DNA of 63,191 nt, filler included, from Octopus bimaculoides (taxonomy: Eukaryota): NCBI RefSeq assembly GCF_001194135.2. It is 4 parts of 4 records of this genome, joined end to end, with 100 filler letters (N's around TTAATTAATTAA, not from the genome) between each part and the next. Parts side by side here need not be neighbours in the genome. Positions count along the whole stretch, not along the records: positions 27,337 to 50,840 come from NC_068985.1; positions 50,941 to 60,948 come from NC_069006.1; positions 61,049 to 63,191 come from NW_026414548.1; 1 more part is not named here. The stretch is one strand, 5' to 3'. Below are positions 49,567-62,205 of the stretch, piece by piece. The translations under genes and the position numbers were made by a program. The notes under the pieces are model-generated. The model was not told the DNA's origin. It saw only the letters and a program-made list of their open reading frames with translations, and ran no database searches. Numbering within the stretch: position 1 is the stretch's first letter; every line of letters starts with the position of its first letter.

Positions 49567-50473
49567 ATACATATATACATACATACATGTTTACATATAT
49601 ACATATATTTATGAAAAGGGAGTGGAGAGAAAGAAGAAAGAACATGGAAATAGATGCATACAAACGGACATACAAGCAACTTTGGATGAGAACATGAGAA
49701 CTCCTTGGTGTCTATGTATCGCCAGGCTCCATTTCCATAGCAATTCACTACTTTGATTTACGGCAGTAACGTATGTCTTGTTCATACGAAGCTCTACTAT
49801 AACATTACCATCTTCACAATAGATCCAATGATCTCATTTATTTTCCAACGAATACACACGCTTGCACACACAAATACATACAAACACACATAAACATACG
49901 CATATAAATAACGCTCATATAACTACACATAGCCATAGACACATACAACGTACGCGCAGACGATTTGTTACTTTACCTCGACTACACATAAACGCAGAAA
50001 GATCGCTGCATTAATGTCGACCTTCATTTGCATTACGACATTCCGGTGATATATGAATTTGTTGGTCGTCTGGTCGTGTGGGCTATTGAAGTTCTGATGT
50101 CATTCGGCCTCTAGAAAGGATGTTTTATCCGTTTGTTCGGATGACGAACTGAGAATAAAGGAGGTAAACAAAGAACGTTGCAGCATCACCTTCGTCTCTG
50201 TCGGATGCCTTCATCATATTCATCATCGTAATTACCATCATCACACTCGCCGCCACCAGTAATAAAAATGTAACCTGTTTTATAGTTTCCTTCAAAGCGA
50301 TTCTCTGTGAACCTGACATTCTAATGAATTACCTTCTGGCTTTTCTCCTCGTGGGTCGAATGAACGGTGTGTTAGTTGGATGCGTTAAACTAAAGTTTCA
50401 AAATTATGAATATTGTAGAGTGTGCAACAGAGAAAGAATAAGAAAGATAAATAAATGGATAGAGCGATAGAGG

Positions 50474-50541
<68 letters not shown>

Positions 50542-50671
50542 GGGAGGGAGGGATGGAGGGAGAGAGAGAGTATTTTACACTGAAAATAGTGAAAGTGACC
50601 GAAATAGAGTGGATGGACTATATGGGTGGATAACGGATACGGGTGAAATAAGAGAACGGAATAAAATAGAC

Positions 50672-50719
<48 letters not shown>

Positions 50720-50980
50720 GTTTCTTTATTAGCCACACAGGGCTCAACACAGAGGGGACAAAATACAAATGTAGAGTTTTTCTTTTCGAGGGGGTCGAAA
50801 TCAAAGCAGAAAAAAAAACAAAAGTGGGGACAACGATGAANNNNNNNNNNNNNNNNNNNNNNNNNNNNNNNNNNNNNNNNNNNNTTAATTAATTAANNNN
50901 NNNNNNNNNNNNNNNNNNNNNNNNNNNNNNNNNNNNNNNNCCGTTTTATTTGCTTTTTTCTTTTTAAATTTGCTGTTTTA

Positions 50981-51012
50981 CCCTAACCCTAACCCTAGGG
51001 TTAGGGTTAGGG
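50981..51012. repeat. Perfect 32-bp palindrome of telomere-like hexamers
   Basis: CCCTAACCCTAACCCTAGGGTTAGGGTTAGGG is its own reverse complement. Confidence 0.9.
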
Positions 51013-51629
51013 TTAGCCTATAATAGAAAGGTTTATTAGCTACTGCCAATATGCTTCAGCCATTTTTTGACAAGGAAATAATAATTTTATCACCGATAGA
51101 ATTGTTTCAGAATCGTTTGTTTATGTAGTCGGCACTTAATGTATATCGGCTGAATGGACGTCAGTGTTTGGTTGAAATTACAGAAATACGACAACTTTAA
51201 CATGGAATAACTTAGAGATATCTTTTTTTTTTTAAGAAGACTAAGAGAAAAAGATGCTTTATATGACACATTCTACCAGTGTTCCATGTTTCAAAGTGTT
51301 TTGTTAAGAAAATACTGTGGCCCCCGTTTTAAAAAAGATCCCCTTCAAATTCCACCCCTTTTGGGAAAAGGTATGTTGGATAATGTGGTTGATCTTGGTG
51401 AGATTTGAACTCATAGTGTAATGAGCCAGAACAAAATATCACAAAGCATTTTTCTGATGCCCTACTCATTCTGTCAGCACACCACGTTAGATAATTGCTT
51501 TTAATTTAGGCACAAATCTATAAGGAAAAGGTTTCGTTGATTAACCTCCTCTGCGCTCTTGTTGCAAATTGTCACTCACTAGTTTTCCTCTTGTAGTTAC
51601 AGGCACATTCTGTTGCCATGAGAAGGGTG

Positions 51630-51662
<33 letters not shown>

Positions 51663-51949
51663 CACACACATATATATGTATATATATGTATGTATATATA
51701 TATATCCCCTTCTATTTCGTTGGGGGATATAGCATCATACAACGTGGAAGACAATTGGAGATTTCTGCGGGACAACCTGTTGAAAGCCACCGACCAGATT
51801 TGTGGGTGGTGTAAGGTCCCCTCCCAACCCAGAGTAACGTGGTGGTGGAACAAGGAGGTAGACAGGGCTATTAGACAAAAGAAACAAGCTTGNNNNNNNN
51901 NNTATATACATACATACATACATACATACATACATAGATAGATAGATAT

Positions 51950-52270
51950 GAGACGGGCTTCTTTCAGTTTCCACCTACCAAATCCACTCACAGGGCTTTG
52001 GTCTACTATAGCCTGAGGCTTTAGTAGAAGACACTTGCCCAAGTTGCCACGCAGTGGGACTGAACCTGGAACCATGTGATTGGGAAGCAAGCTTCTTACC
52101 ACACAACCCTTCCTGCGCCGTGTGGTTGAGAAGCTTGCTTTCTAACTGTGTGGTCTGAGGTTCAGCCCCTCTGCTTAGCAACTTGGGCAAGTGCCTTCTA
52201 CCAGAGCTCCAAACTGATCAATGCCTTACATGTGAATTTGGTAGCTGGAAACTGAAAGAAACCCATCAAA
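51950..52270. mobile_element. Two divergent SINE family A heads (51950-52110 minus; 52117-52270 plus)
   Basis: Both contain the B-box-like GGTTCAG(T/C)CCC and TTGGGCAAGTG. Confidence 0.75.
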
Positions 52271-52494
52271 GCACCATTCGAGCATGGTCGGTCCCAGTCC
52301 CACCTGACTGGCCCTTATGCTGGTGGCACATAAAAAGCCCCCACTACAGTCTCAGAGTGTAAGAAGGGCATCCAGCTGTAGAAACCTTGCCAGATCAGAT
52401 TGGAGTTGGTGCAGCCTCCTGACTTGCCAGTCCTCAGTCAAACCATCCAACCCATGCCAGCATGGAAAGCAGATGTTAAACGATGATGATGATG

Positions 52495-52735
52495 TGGCGG
52501 AGCCATGTGGCTGAGTGGTTAGGAAGTTGGACTCATTATTGTAAGATTGTAATTTCGATTCCTGGATTGGGTGACATCTTGTGTTCCTGAGCAAAACACT
52601 TCATTTCATGCTGCTCCAGTCTACTCAGCTGGTAAAAATGAGTCTCTCCCTGTGACAGACTGGTGTCCTGTCCAGGTGGGGACTTTATACACCTTGAAAC
52701 TAGGAAACCAGTCCTTATGAGTTGGCATGACTTGA
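52495..52735 (+). mobile_element. tRNA-derived SINE with CORE/Meta-like box
   Basis: TGGCTGAGTGGTTAG...TTCGATTCC, CTGAGCAAAACACTT and CCTGTGACAGACTGG..TCCTGTCCAGG. A related diverged copy lies at ~62320-62530. Confidence 0.6.
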
Positions 52736-53139
52736 GAAGGTAATTTTACAATTACCGTTATATATACATGTGTGTGTGTGTATACGTGTGTTTGTGTATG
52801 CGTACCCTCGTCATGACATCACATGATGCCTGTAAGCTGGGGGTACAAGTGGTGTTGTTTGTTTCCAGTCTCACCTGTGGAGAAAACATGGGAAATATAT
52901 TACCCCTTTGCATGGAAACAGATGAGAGGATCAAGAACAGATAGGGGCATCTGGCCAGAGAAAATTCAGCAAATTCTGCCTGACCCATGCAACCTTAGAA
53001 AAATGGACCTCAGATGATGATAATGGTGATATAACTATATTCTTCTGAAAACGTTCAGACGTAAAGACACACATATGCACAGACACATGCAGAATTGAGT
53101 GAACACACACACATACACACACACATACATACACATGTA

Positions 53140-53307
53140 TACTTTTCTCTTTTTACTGCTGTGGCACCACTTTGAAGAGTGTTTGGTCAACTGAATTGAC
53201 CTCAGTGCTTACTTTCATATCAAAGCCTTTGGTTTTTCTTGCAGAGCCTCTAAGTTACAGGAACGTAAACATAATAACACCAGTTGTCATATGGTGGTGG
53301 GGGGACA

Positions 53308-53344
<37 letters not shown>

Positions 53345-53490
53345 GATGGGCTTTTTTTAGTTTCCATCTCCATCATCCACTCACAAGGCTTTGGGCAGCC
53401 TTGACTTTGACCCAGGTAGCTTGCAGTGGGACTGAACCCAGAACAGTGTGGTCGGGAAGCAAACTTCTTAATGCACAGCTACACCTGCAC
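53140..53490 (-). mobile_element. SINE family A, diverged
   Basis: Tail, (CA)n middle and head are recognisable. Confidence 0.7.
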
Positions 53491-53569
53491 CTATTTAACT
53501 ATTAATGTATTCTTCTAAATACATTTAGACATATTCACACACATACACAAACAAATACAGAAATGTGTG

Positions 53570-53606
<37 letters not shown>

Positions 53607-53720
53607 TTTTTCATTCACATCCATCTGCTTCTACTAATATTTTCTTAATTGTTTTCTTTGTACACTTGTACACATACACACTTGTGATCATTCAGAAACT
53701 ACTTTTCTCATACAATCTCT

Positions 53721-53775
<55 letters not shown>

Positions 53776-54001
53776 CACACTCACACATACGCATGTAATT
53801 GCAGGCACTCAGAATTGTGCACCATCAGCTCGTAATTGTAGATTCACCATAGTTGCTAACATGTATGAGTGTGCATAGATGCAGGTATGTATGTATATAT
53901 ATTTATGTATTGTATGCAAGCATACACACACCCATACGGCTGCTTTCTTAGTTACTGCCGAACAAGTTCAATGCCAAAAAGCACACTTAAGAGATAACCA
54001 T

Positions 54002-54046
<45 letters not shown>

Positions 54047-54049
54047 CCC

Positions 54050-54159
54050 TTATATACGCACTGCCAGGAATACATACCAAAACTCACACACACACAAGAG
54101 TTACTGTCTTACAAACTTAAAGTCAGTCACATACTCATATACTATATACACTCTGCCAG

Positions 54160-54194
<35 letters not shown>

Positions 54195-54371
54195 TGTAAA
54201 ATACATGAACATGCATACCCATCATACCAACATATTTATATACACACACACACATTACATGCACACATGCAGTCAGTCACATCCTCGTATATTACACACA
54301 GTGCCTGAAACACACACACATGCACACAAATGCATGTAGTTAGTCACATATACTCTATGCACTTTCAGAGT

Positions 54372-54405
<34 letters not shown>

Positions 54406-54570
54406 TGCACACACAGATTTTCTGTCTGACAAATTACAGTCAGAAACATACACATGCACAAACAAACCTTACGCATATACGCAGTCAGTCATACACACAT
54501 ACTTATACACACTGCCAAGAAACACACACACACATGCACACACACACACACACACACACGCACATACACT
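54050..54570. repeat. Degenerate minisatellite with embedded (CA)n
   Basis: Recurring CAGTCAGTCACATA...CACTGCCA.GAAACACAC units. Confidence 0.65.
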
Positions 54571-54758
54571 TGCTATAAAATGTCTATGCACAAGAAGTTG
54601 TGGTGGTGATGGTGGTGTTGGCGGCAGCGTAAGGGGGAGAGGGTATGTGTAGCTCCATGCCTGTGATGATGTGTGAGATGTTAATTAGAGACAGTTCAGT
54701 TGGATGTGCCATCAAAAGGCATCGGATGAGTCACTGTTTGGCTGAGGTGTGAGAACAG

Positions 54759-54790
<32 letters not shown>

Positions 54791-55111
54791 ACAGCAATCG
54801 CGGCGGTGGTAGCAGTGTTATTACTACTGGCAAGATGTTAGTGTGTCAGAAGAGCCTTTACAGAAAGACTGTGTGTGTGTATATATATATATGTGTGTGT
54901 ATATGTGTGATGATGGAGCGATGGGGAATAGAAAATGAGGGTGAGAAGGTAGGTGATGAAGAAGATGAAGGGTACAGAAGAGGAAGGATGCTGTAGTGTA
55001 GTGTTTCTCTACCAATTTTTACCTATGGACCCCTTCGATTCCTATTTTGTTTGTAGGGATCCTCCTAGCGATTTGGTGTTTTCAAAAATCTTCTATTTCT
55101 ATGATTGAATA

Positions 55112-55503
55112 TTACTCTTTTACTTGTTTCGGTCTTTTGACTGTGGCCATGCTGGAGCACCGCCTTTAGTCGAGAAAATCAACCCCAGGACTTATTCTTT
55201 GGAAGCCTAGTACTTATTCTATCGGTCTCTTTTTGCCAAACCGCTAAGTTACGGGGACGTAAACACACCAGCATCGGTTGTCAAACGATGTTGGGGTGGG
55301 GGGACAAACACATACACACATATATACATACATATATACGACGGGCTTCTTCTAGTTTCCGTCCTACCAAATCCACTCACAAGGCTTTGGTCGGCCCGAG
55401 GCTATAGTAGAAGACACTTGCCCAAGATGCCACGCAGTGGGACTGAACCCGGAACCACGTGGTTGGTAAGCAAGCTACTTACCACACAGCCACTCCTACG
55501 CCT
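55112..55503 (-). mobile_element. tRNA-derived SINE family A, full length
   Basis: Minus-strand head AGGCGTAGGAGTGGCTGTGTGGTAAG...CCGGGTTCAGTCCC, body TTGGGCAAGTGTC, internal (TA/TG)n and tail GCTCCAGCATGGCCAC...GAAACAAGTAAAAGAGTAA. Many copies occur in the window. Confidence 0.9.
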
Positions 55504-55944
55504 ATTAGGAATTGTATAAAAAAATTTTTTTCTAATATTTTGTGTATTGTAAATGTATAAACAAGTTATTGCAGATAAGGTTTTAATAGCAAAATCTTAT
55601 ATGGACCTGCAAGGGCCATATGGACCCTCTTTGAGAGCCACCGGTGTAGACAGAAGGAGGATATAGAAAAGGACAGAAAAAAGAGATGGATATAGAAATG
55701 AAGGACAGAGCAGAGACAAGAAGGATAGACAAAAGGATAGAGAAGAAAGAAGAAGGATATAGACAAGAAGGACAGGAAAAATAGAGAAGGATGGAAAAGA
55801 GAGAAGGATATAGAAAAGAAGGATACAGAAAAGGTGGACAGAAAAGAGACAAGGACAGAGAAGGAAGAAGAAGGATATAAAAAAGGGAGAGAAAAGACAA
55901 GAAGGATTTAAAGAAAGAAGGATGCAGAAGAGAGAAGGATGTGT

Positions 55945-56355
55945 TTTACTTTCAGTTATTGGACTGTAGTCATGCTGGGGCAGTGCCTTGAAGGATTTTA
56001 GTCAAATGAATCAACCCCAGTATTTGTTTTTTTAATAAAAAACTTGATACTTATTCTATCAGTCTCTTTTGCTGAACCAAGCTTTGGGGATGTAAGCAAA
56101 CCAACACTGGTTGCCAAGTGATGGTGGGGGACATGGGGGACAAACACATACATATGCACACACACACAGGCATTCACATGTGCACACACACACATACACA
56201 TGCTCATGATAGGCTTCCACACAGTATCTGTCAACCAAATTCACTCTCCAGGCATTGGTTGGTTTGGGGCTATAATAGAAGTTACTTGTCCAAGGTGCAG
56301 CGCAGTGGGACTGAACCCGAAACCACATGGTTGAAAAGCAAACTTCTTAACCATG
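55945..56355 (-). mobile_element. SINE family A, diverged
   Basis: Same order of modules as 55112-55503. Confidence 0.75.
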
Positions 56356-57474
56356 TAGAGAATGGTATAGAAGAAAAGGACAGTAAAGACAAGGAAGATA
56401 CAGAAGAAGGATGTAGGAAGGATTATAGAAGACGGGGGAAGGATACAGAACTTGGAATAAGGATACACGAGAGAGACAGAACATACAGAAGAGAGAAGAA
56501 TGATATCAGAGAAGAATGATGTAGGAGAGAGAATGACATAGAAGGAATAACAACATAAAAGAATGATACAAGAGAAAAATGATGTAGAGGGGAAAGGAAT
56601 GATATAGAGGTAGTTGCATAGCCAGAGTGTGCCACCCAGGACGGTCATTGAGCCCCCCCACCACCACCACCACTCCCTCATCTCCCACTCTACACATTTG
56701 CTCCTATACAGGTTTATAAAGTTGGACCCAAAAGTGCCACCTCTGTCGCACCCCGCCAGCTGCAGTGCTGTATAGAAGAGAGAAGAATGAAGTGGAAGGA
56801 ACGATACAAAAGGAAGAAGAGTGATATAGAAAAAGGGAAGAATCTAGAAGAACGAAATGATAGAGAAAGAGAAGGAAATACAGATGAAATGGAAAGAAGA
56901 ACAGAGAAGAAGACGAGAACGGAAAAAGGATGTGGAATAAAACAAAAGAAGAAGAAGAAGAATATTGAAAAGAATCAGAAAAAGACGAAAGACTCTGTAG
57001 ATTTATTTCATTCCTTCCTTAGTCATTTTATTTTCAAAAGGCATTCATCATTTTTAATAATGCTTCATAAATTTTCTTCCCCCCTCTCTTATTTATTTAT
57101 TTGTTGCTTTATATATTTTTTTTTGTTTCTCCCCTATTTTCTTTTAGCACTTTTGTTGTTGTATGTTTTAATTATTTTAACTTTTTTTGTTTCTCTTTTC
57201 ATTTAAATTTATTGGCAGCTTGGCAGAAACCCTACACTAATGGTGGTAGTGGTGGTGGTGGTGGTAGTGGTAGGTGTGGTTTGGGGACAAGAGAACGGGT
57301 GGGGTAGGTTGAAATTTGGATTTTTAATTTATTTTACAAGTTTGAAAATTTCACAAGTGGAAAAACTATTGAAATATTTATGGATCTGAGTTTTTAATCT
57401 TTGTGGTTTGATTGAAGAACAAACATGTTTACAGGCCAGGACGCTGCTGCTGCTGCTACTACTACTACTACTAC

Positions 57475-57508
<34 letters not shown>

Positions 57509-57686
57509 TAATNNNNNNNNNNNNNNNNNNNNNNNNNNNNNNNNNNNNNNNNNNNNNNNNNNNNNNNNNNNNNNNNNNNNNNNNNNNNNNNNNNNNNNNN
57601 NNNNNNNNNNNNNNNNNNNNNNNNNNNNNNNNNNNNNNNNNNNNNNNNNNNNNNNNNNNNNNNNNNNNNNNNNNNNNNNNNNNNNN

Positions 57687-57952
57687 NGTCTAAACAGAGG
57701 AAGAAAACGGAGAAAGATATAATAAATAAATAGATAAATAAATAAGTAGAACTCCCAAAGCGGGGGGAGGCGCTTCGAAAAAGGAAAGGTTACACGTGGA
57801 AAAACCCATAAAACCGCGGGAGCCTGGTCAGAAAAAATAAGAAAGGGGTATAGAGCCCTTTCTCCTTTTACATTACCTTTTTTTTTTTCTTTTTTTTCTA
57901 CAGGTGTATTCTCAGAATTGGTCCGTTTATACTGGCCATTCTTCCAACAGTC
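57687..57952 (-). mobile_element. Probable Tx1-type 3' UTR and ORF end
   Basis: Resembles the 3' ends at 270-420 and 37560-37770 (GGTTTTTCCA.G...GCGC..CCC); adjoins a gap and AAT/ACT repeats. Confidence 0.45.
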
Positions 57953-59155
57953 ACCCAATAATATCCTTTCTACTATAGGCACAACACCTGAAATTTTGGT
58001 GGAGGGGTATTGTCAGCTGGGATTTATTTTATCAACCTCAAAAGGATGATAGGCAAAGTTGACCTCAGCAGAATTTGAACTCAAACCATAAAGGCAGATG
58101 AACTAATAATAATAATAATAATTTATTTTTTTTATCTTTTACTTGTTCCAGTCATTGGACTGTGGCCATGTTGGGGTGAAACCCCCATTCAACTAAAACC
58201 TCTCAAAGGGGTTAAAGTGATCTAAGTGAAAACTTTCCATCAAAATGTCATATTAATTTATGTTCCAAATACCACGTTGATAGGGACAAAGTTATTTTTA
58301 TTAAATTCTCTTGTTATTCTCAAAACTGAAACAAAGGCAGTGTATTTCAACAGAAGTCATCCATCATCATCATCATCATCCTTTAACGTCTGTTTTCCAT
58401 GCTGGCATGGGTTGGGTAGTTTGACCAGAGCTGGTAAGCAGAAGAGCTGCACCAGGTTCCAGTCTTATTCGGCTTGGGTTTCTACAGCTGGATGCTCTTA
58501 CTAACGCTGACCACTTTACAAAGTGTGCTGGGAGCTTCGTATGTGACATTGGCACCGGCGCTTTTATGTGGTGCTGGCACAGATGCTTTTTATGTAGCAC
58601 CAGCATGGTAACAAAAGAGTTACAGAGATTTAAATTAAAACTGTCCATCAAAATGTCATGTTAATTTATGTTCCAAAACATCAGCTTAATAAGGATTAAG
58701 TTATTTCACTAAATCCTATTTTTAAAAAAGAATTTATAAACTTCAAGAGAATATCAAATAATAATGTTTTTGTTTGCTTTGAGCTCCAACATTTTCAAAA
58801 AAGAATTATTTCACATTCTCTGGAAAGTTTATAAATTTTTTATGACATCAACATCAACAACATATAATTCTTGCTGGTAAGGATAAAGATTCTTACTAGT
58901 AAGAATAAAGAGAAATTTGAAAAAGTGCTTTGGTCCAATGGTAGAGCACTGGTCATGTTTACAGGAGATGTGGGTTTATATCTGATGAGCAGCTTTTGAT
59001 TTTTTTCTATCCAGAGGGTTTTTGCAGCCAAATATTTACACAATATTGTTACTTTGTTTGTGTCAAGATACAACGTTCCAAAAAAGAATTATTTCTATTT
59101 TCAAAATTAACTGAACCAAAAGCAATATATTTTATCAGAGCAATATATTTTATAA

Positions 59156-59382
59156 GGTGGCGAGCTGGCAGAATCGTTAGCATGCCGGGCAAAATGCTTA
59201 GCGGTATTTCGTCTGCCGTTACATTCTGAGTTCAAATTCCACCGAGGTCAACTTCGCTTTTCATCCTTTCAGAGTTGATTAAATAAGTACCAAGTTAGGC
59301 ACTGGGGTCGATATAATAATCGACTTAATCTCTTTCTCCTTGTTTGTCCCCTTTATGTGTAGCCCCTTGTGGGCAACAAATA
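59156..59382 (+). mobile_element. SINE family B
   Basis: Near-identical to 49221-49451. Confidence 0.85.
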
Positions 59383-59540
59383 AATATATTTTATCAGAAG
59401 TTTAGTAACAAAAAGGTTAACCTACTAAAATCAAGGGTGAGGGTGGTAAGGGCTTGTCCTCTGATCAGTCACTGGTTTGCTTGATGAACCTTGACTATAC
59501 TGTACAGTGGTTGCTCTAAATTGTAATGAGTAATGTGTTG

Positions 59541-59800
59541 AGGGTGGTTGGCCTAGTGGCAATAGCACTCATAATCGTGAGATTGTGTTTTCAACTTCTG
59601 GACTGGGTAGTGTGTTGAGTTTTTGTGTAAAACACTTGATCTCACCTTGCTCTGCGATCATTTCAACACCTGACGTCTGGTACACCGTGCATCTGTTCAG
59701 GTACTGTTGATTGGATGGAGGAGGCAGTGAGCCCAATGTACAGCACAACAAACATTTGATCGCTGTAAACAAATCATGTGTACAGGTTGTTCAGCAATAA
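59541..59800 (+). mobile_element. Diverged tRNA-headed SINE
   Basis: TGGCCTAGTGG A-box-like motif and GTAAAACACTT box. Confidence 0.45.
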
Positions 59801-59978
59801 ATAGCCGATCCGTCTTTCTCAGATTATGAAAGACTACCATTGTCATCAATGTGACCAGTTCCTGTCTGTGGGGCCTGTTGCTTTTATTTTCTTTTTTCCT
59901 GTTACTAATTGTTGCTTATAATGGCCTAATGTCATTCAAATTAAAAATCTTTGGAGTGGATCTGATATCTTTGTTCAC

Positions 59979-60217
59979 CATCATCATCATCATCGTCATC
60001 GTCGTCGTTTAACGTCCGCTTTCCATGCTAGCATGGGTTGGACGATTTGACTGAGGACTGGTGAAACCAGATGGCTACACCAGGCTCCAATCTGATTTGG
60101 CAGAGTTTCTACAGCTGGATGCCCTTCTTAACACCAACCACTCAGAGAGTGTAGTGGGTGCTTTTACGTGCCACCGGCATGAAGGCCAGTCAGGTGGTAC
60201 TGGCAATGGCCACGTTC
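59979..60217 (-). mobile_element. Repeat family C: probable RTE-related 3' tail ending in (GAT)n
   Basis: GGCATCCAGCTGTAGAAAC...CCCATGC(T/C)AGCATGGAAA..GACGTTAAACGATGATGAT. Other copies lie at 52270-52493 (+), 58357-58600 (-) and 60540-60700 (+). Confidence 0.7.
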
Positions 60218-60298
60218 AAGTTAATTTATATGTAACCAAATAAACATACAACACTTCCACAAGAATCTGCTCTGCCTCAGCCCACCTCTCATACTTCA

Positions 60299-60522
60299 AA
60301 CCTTTAGCATTTAAACCGGCCATATTTGGCCCAAATATTCAACCAGTTTTCCATTCAAACAGGCCAGATCGGGCCTGTCGCATCTATCCTACAATGTCAT
60401 TCTCAAAATAAACTTTCACATCATTGAAATCTCGAAGCTACAAGATAACGCATTATGAATTCCAAACAATGTGCATGAATGACCTTTACTTATGATAGAG
60501 TAATTTGAATGCTAAAGGGTTA
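60299..60522. mobile_element. Probable piggyBac-like MITE
   Basis: TIRs (AA)CCTTTAGCATT / AATGCTAAAGGG(TTA) with degenerate TTAA-like ends. Confidence 0.5.
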
Positions 60523-60868
60523 GCCCTTCATCCCCTAGTATAAATCCAGCCCCATCTGTCTTCTGGTTCGTAGTCTTGTGAGCTGCATGGCAACCTCAAA
60601 AGTGTTGATAGCATGAAAAAAAGCACCCTGTACATGCTGTAAAGAGGTTGGTGTTAGGAAGGACATCCAGCTGTAGAAACCATGCCAAAGCAGACGTGTT
60701 ACTGAGCATGTTACTGTGCCAGGCCTTGCAGTAGTTTGTCCATCTTTACATTCTGAGTTCAAATTCTACTGGGGTTGATACGTTAAGTACCAGTGAAACA
60801 CTGGGGTCAATGTAATCGACTGGTCTCCTCTCACAAAATTTCAGGCCTTGTGCCTTTAGTAGAAAGGA

Positions 60869-60927
<59 letters not shown>

Positions 60928-61089
60928 GATTATTGTGACTCATGAAGTNNNNNNNNNNNNNNNNNNNNNNNNNNNNNNNNNNNNNNNNNNNNTTAATTAA
61001 TTAANNNNNNNNNNNNNNNNNNNNNNNNNNNNNNNNNNNNNNNNNNNNTACATATACATATATACATATGCACGCGCATACACACACAA

Positions 61090-61325
61090 GCATGTGTATG
61101 TGTGTGAATGCCTGTGTGTGTTTGTTACCCCACTGCTTGACAACCGGTGTTAGTGTGTCTACTTCCCTGTAACGTAGCAGTTCGGCAAAGGAGAGATCGA
61201 TTGCATAAGTGCTAGGTTTACAAAGAATAGGTCCTGGGGTCGACATGTATGACTGAAAACCTTCAAGGTGGTACCTTGAATGTTTTTGGTTAAATTACTG
61301 AAACAAGTAAAAGATAAAAGATAAA
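61090..61325 (+). mobile_element. SINE family A, 3' half
   Basis: CTGCTTGACAACCGGTG...GCAGTTCGGCAAAG...GAAACAAGTAAAAG. Confidence 0.7.
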
Positions 61326-61415
61326 TATGAGATTTTCTATACACATCTGGAGACACATCAAAATACATCTGGATACACATCTGGATACGCATATATACAC
61401 ATCTGGATGCCCATT

Positions 61416-61805
61416 AAACAAGGACAGACAAAGGGATTTAGTCGATTATATCGACCCTAGTGCGTAAGGATGAAAGGTAAAGTCGACCTCGGCGGAATTT
61501 GAACTCAGAACTCAACGGCAGACGAAATACCGCTAAGCATTTCACACGGTGTGCTAACGTTTCTGCCAGCTCGCCACCTTTATCTACAAAATTCTTTTCT
61601 ACTCCAGGCACAAGGCCCGAAATTTTGGGGGAAGAGGCCAGTCGATTAGATCGACTCTAGTACGCGACTGGTATTTAATTTATCGACCCCAAAATAATGA
61701 AAGGCAAAGTCGACCTCGGCCGAATTTGAACTCCAAACGTAAGGACAGACGAAATACTGCTAAGCATTTCGCCCAGCATGCTAACGTCACTGCCAGTTCG
61801 GCGCC
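61416..61805 (-). mobile_element. Two tandem SINE family B copies with different tails (61416-61578 and 61591-61805)
   Basis: Shared head; tails are GTCTGTCCTTG versus GGCCTTGTGCC. Confidence 0.85.
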
Positions 61806-62056
61806 TTCAAAGGCCTGGTAATTGTTAAACTTAGGTCTAAATATCAACCACAGAACCCACAACAGTAGTTGATACAATAACAGTACTAAGAACATCAATT
61901 ACAGCAGCAACAAACAACCCAACAAAAGAACTACCATCACCACCATCAGGACCACCACCAGCAACAACAACTATTAAACTTTACAATACTAAAAACATAG
62001 AAAAACTGTTTGAGTGAATATAGAAGAAGCATTTCATAAATGATAGTGTTCTAATA

Positions 62057-62205
62057 TACGAAGGATGAATGAAAAGTCTTGAGCCTCAAAAAAAAAAAAA
62101 AAAAAGCATGGTACAAGACTTCTGATGAAGGTATGAAGGTATGAAGGTAGAACGCCTCAATGCTCAGAGGTCTTGAAGGCTCAAAACTTTTCATACACCC
62201 CTCGT
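62057..62205. mobile_element. Mariner-type MITE
   Basis: Imperfect TIRs TACGAAGGATGAATGAAAAGTCTTGAGCC / GGCTCAAAACTTTTCATACACCCTCGTA with TA termini. Confidence 0.7.

Noticed and set aside
50981-51012. Ancestral telomere-fusion site
   Set aside because: Repeat orientation is opposite to an end-to-end fusion and only about three units are present per side.
62124-62160. CTGATGAAGGTATGAAGG... in the mariner MITE
   Set aside because: A short TGAAGGTA tandem repeat with no GAAA box or stems.
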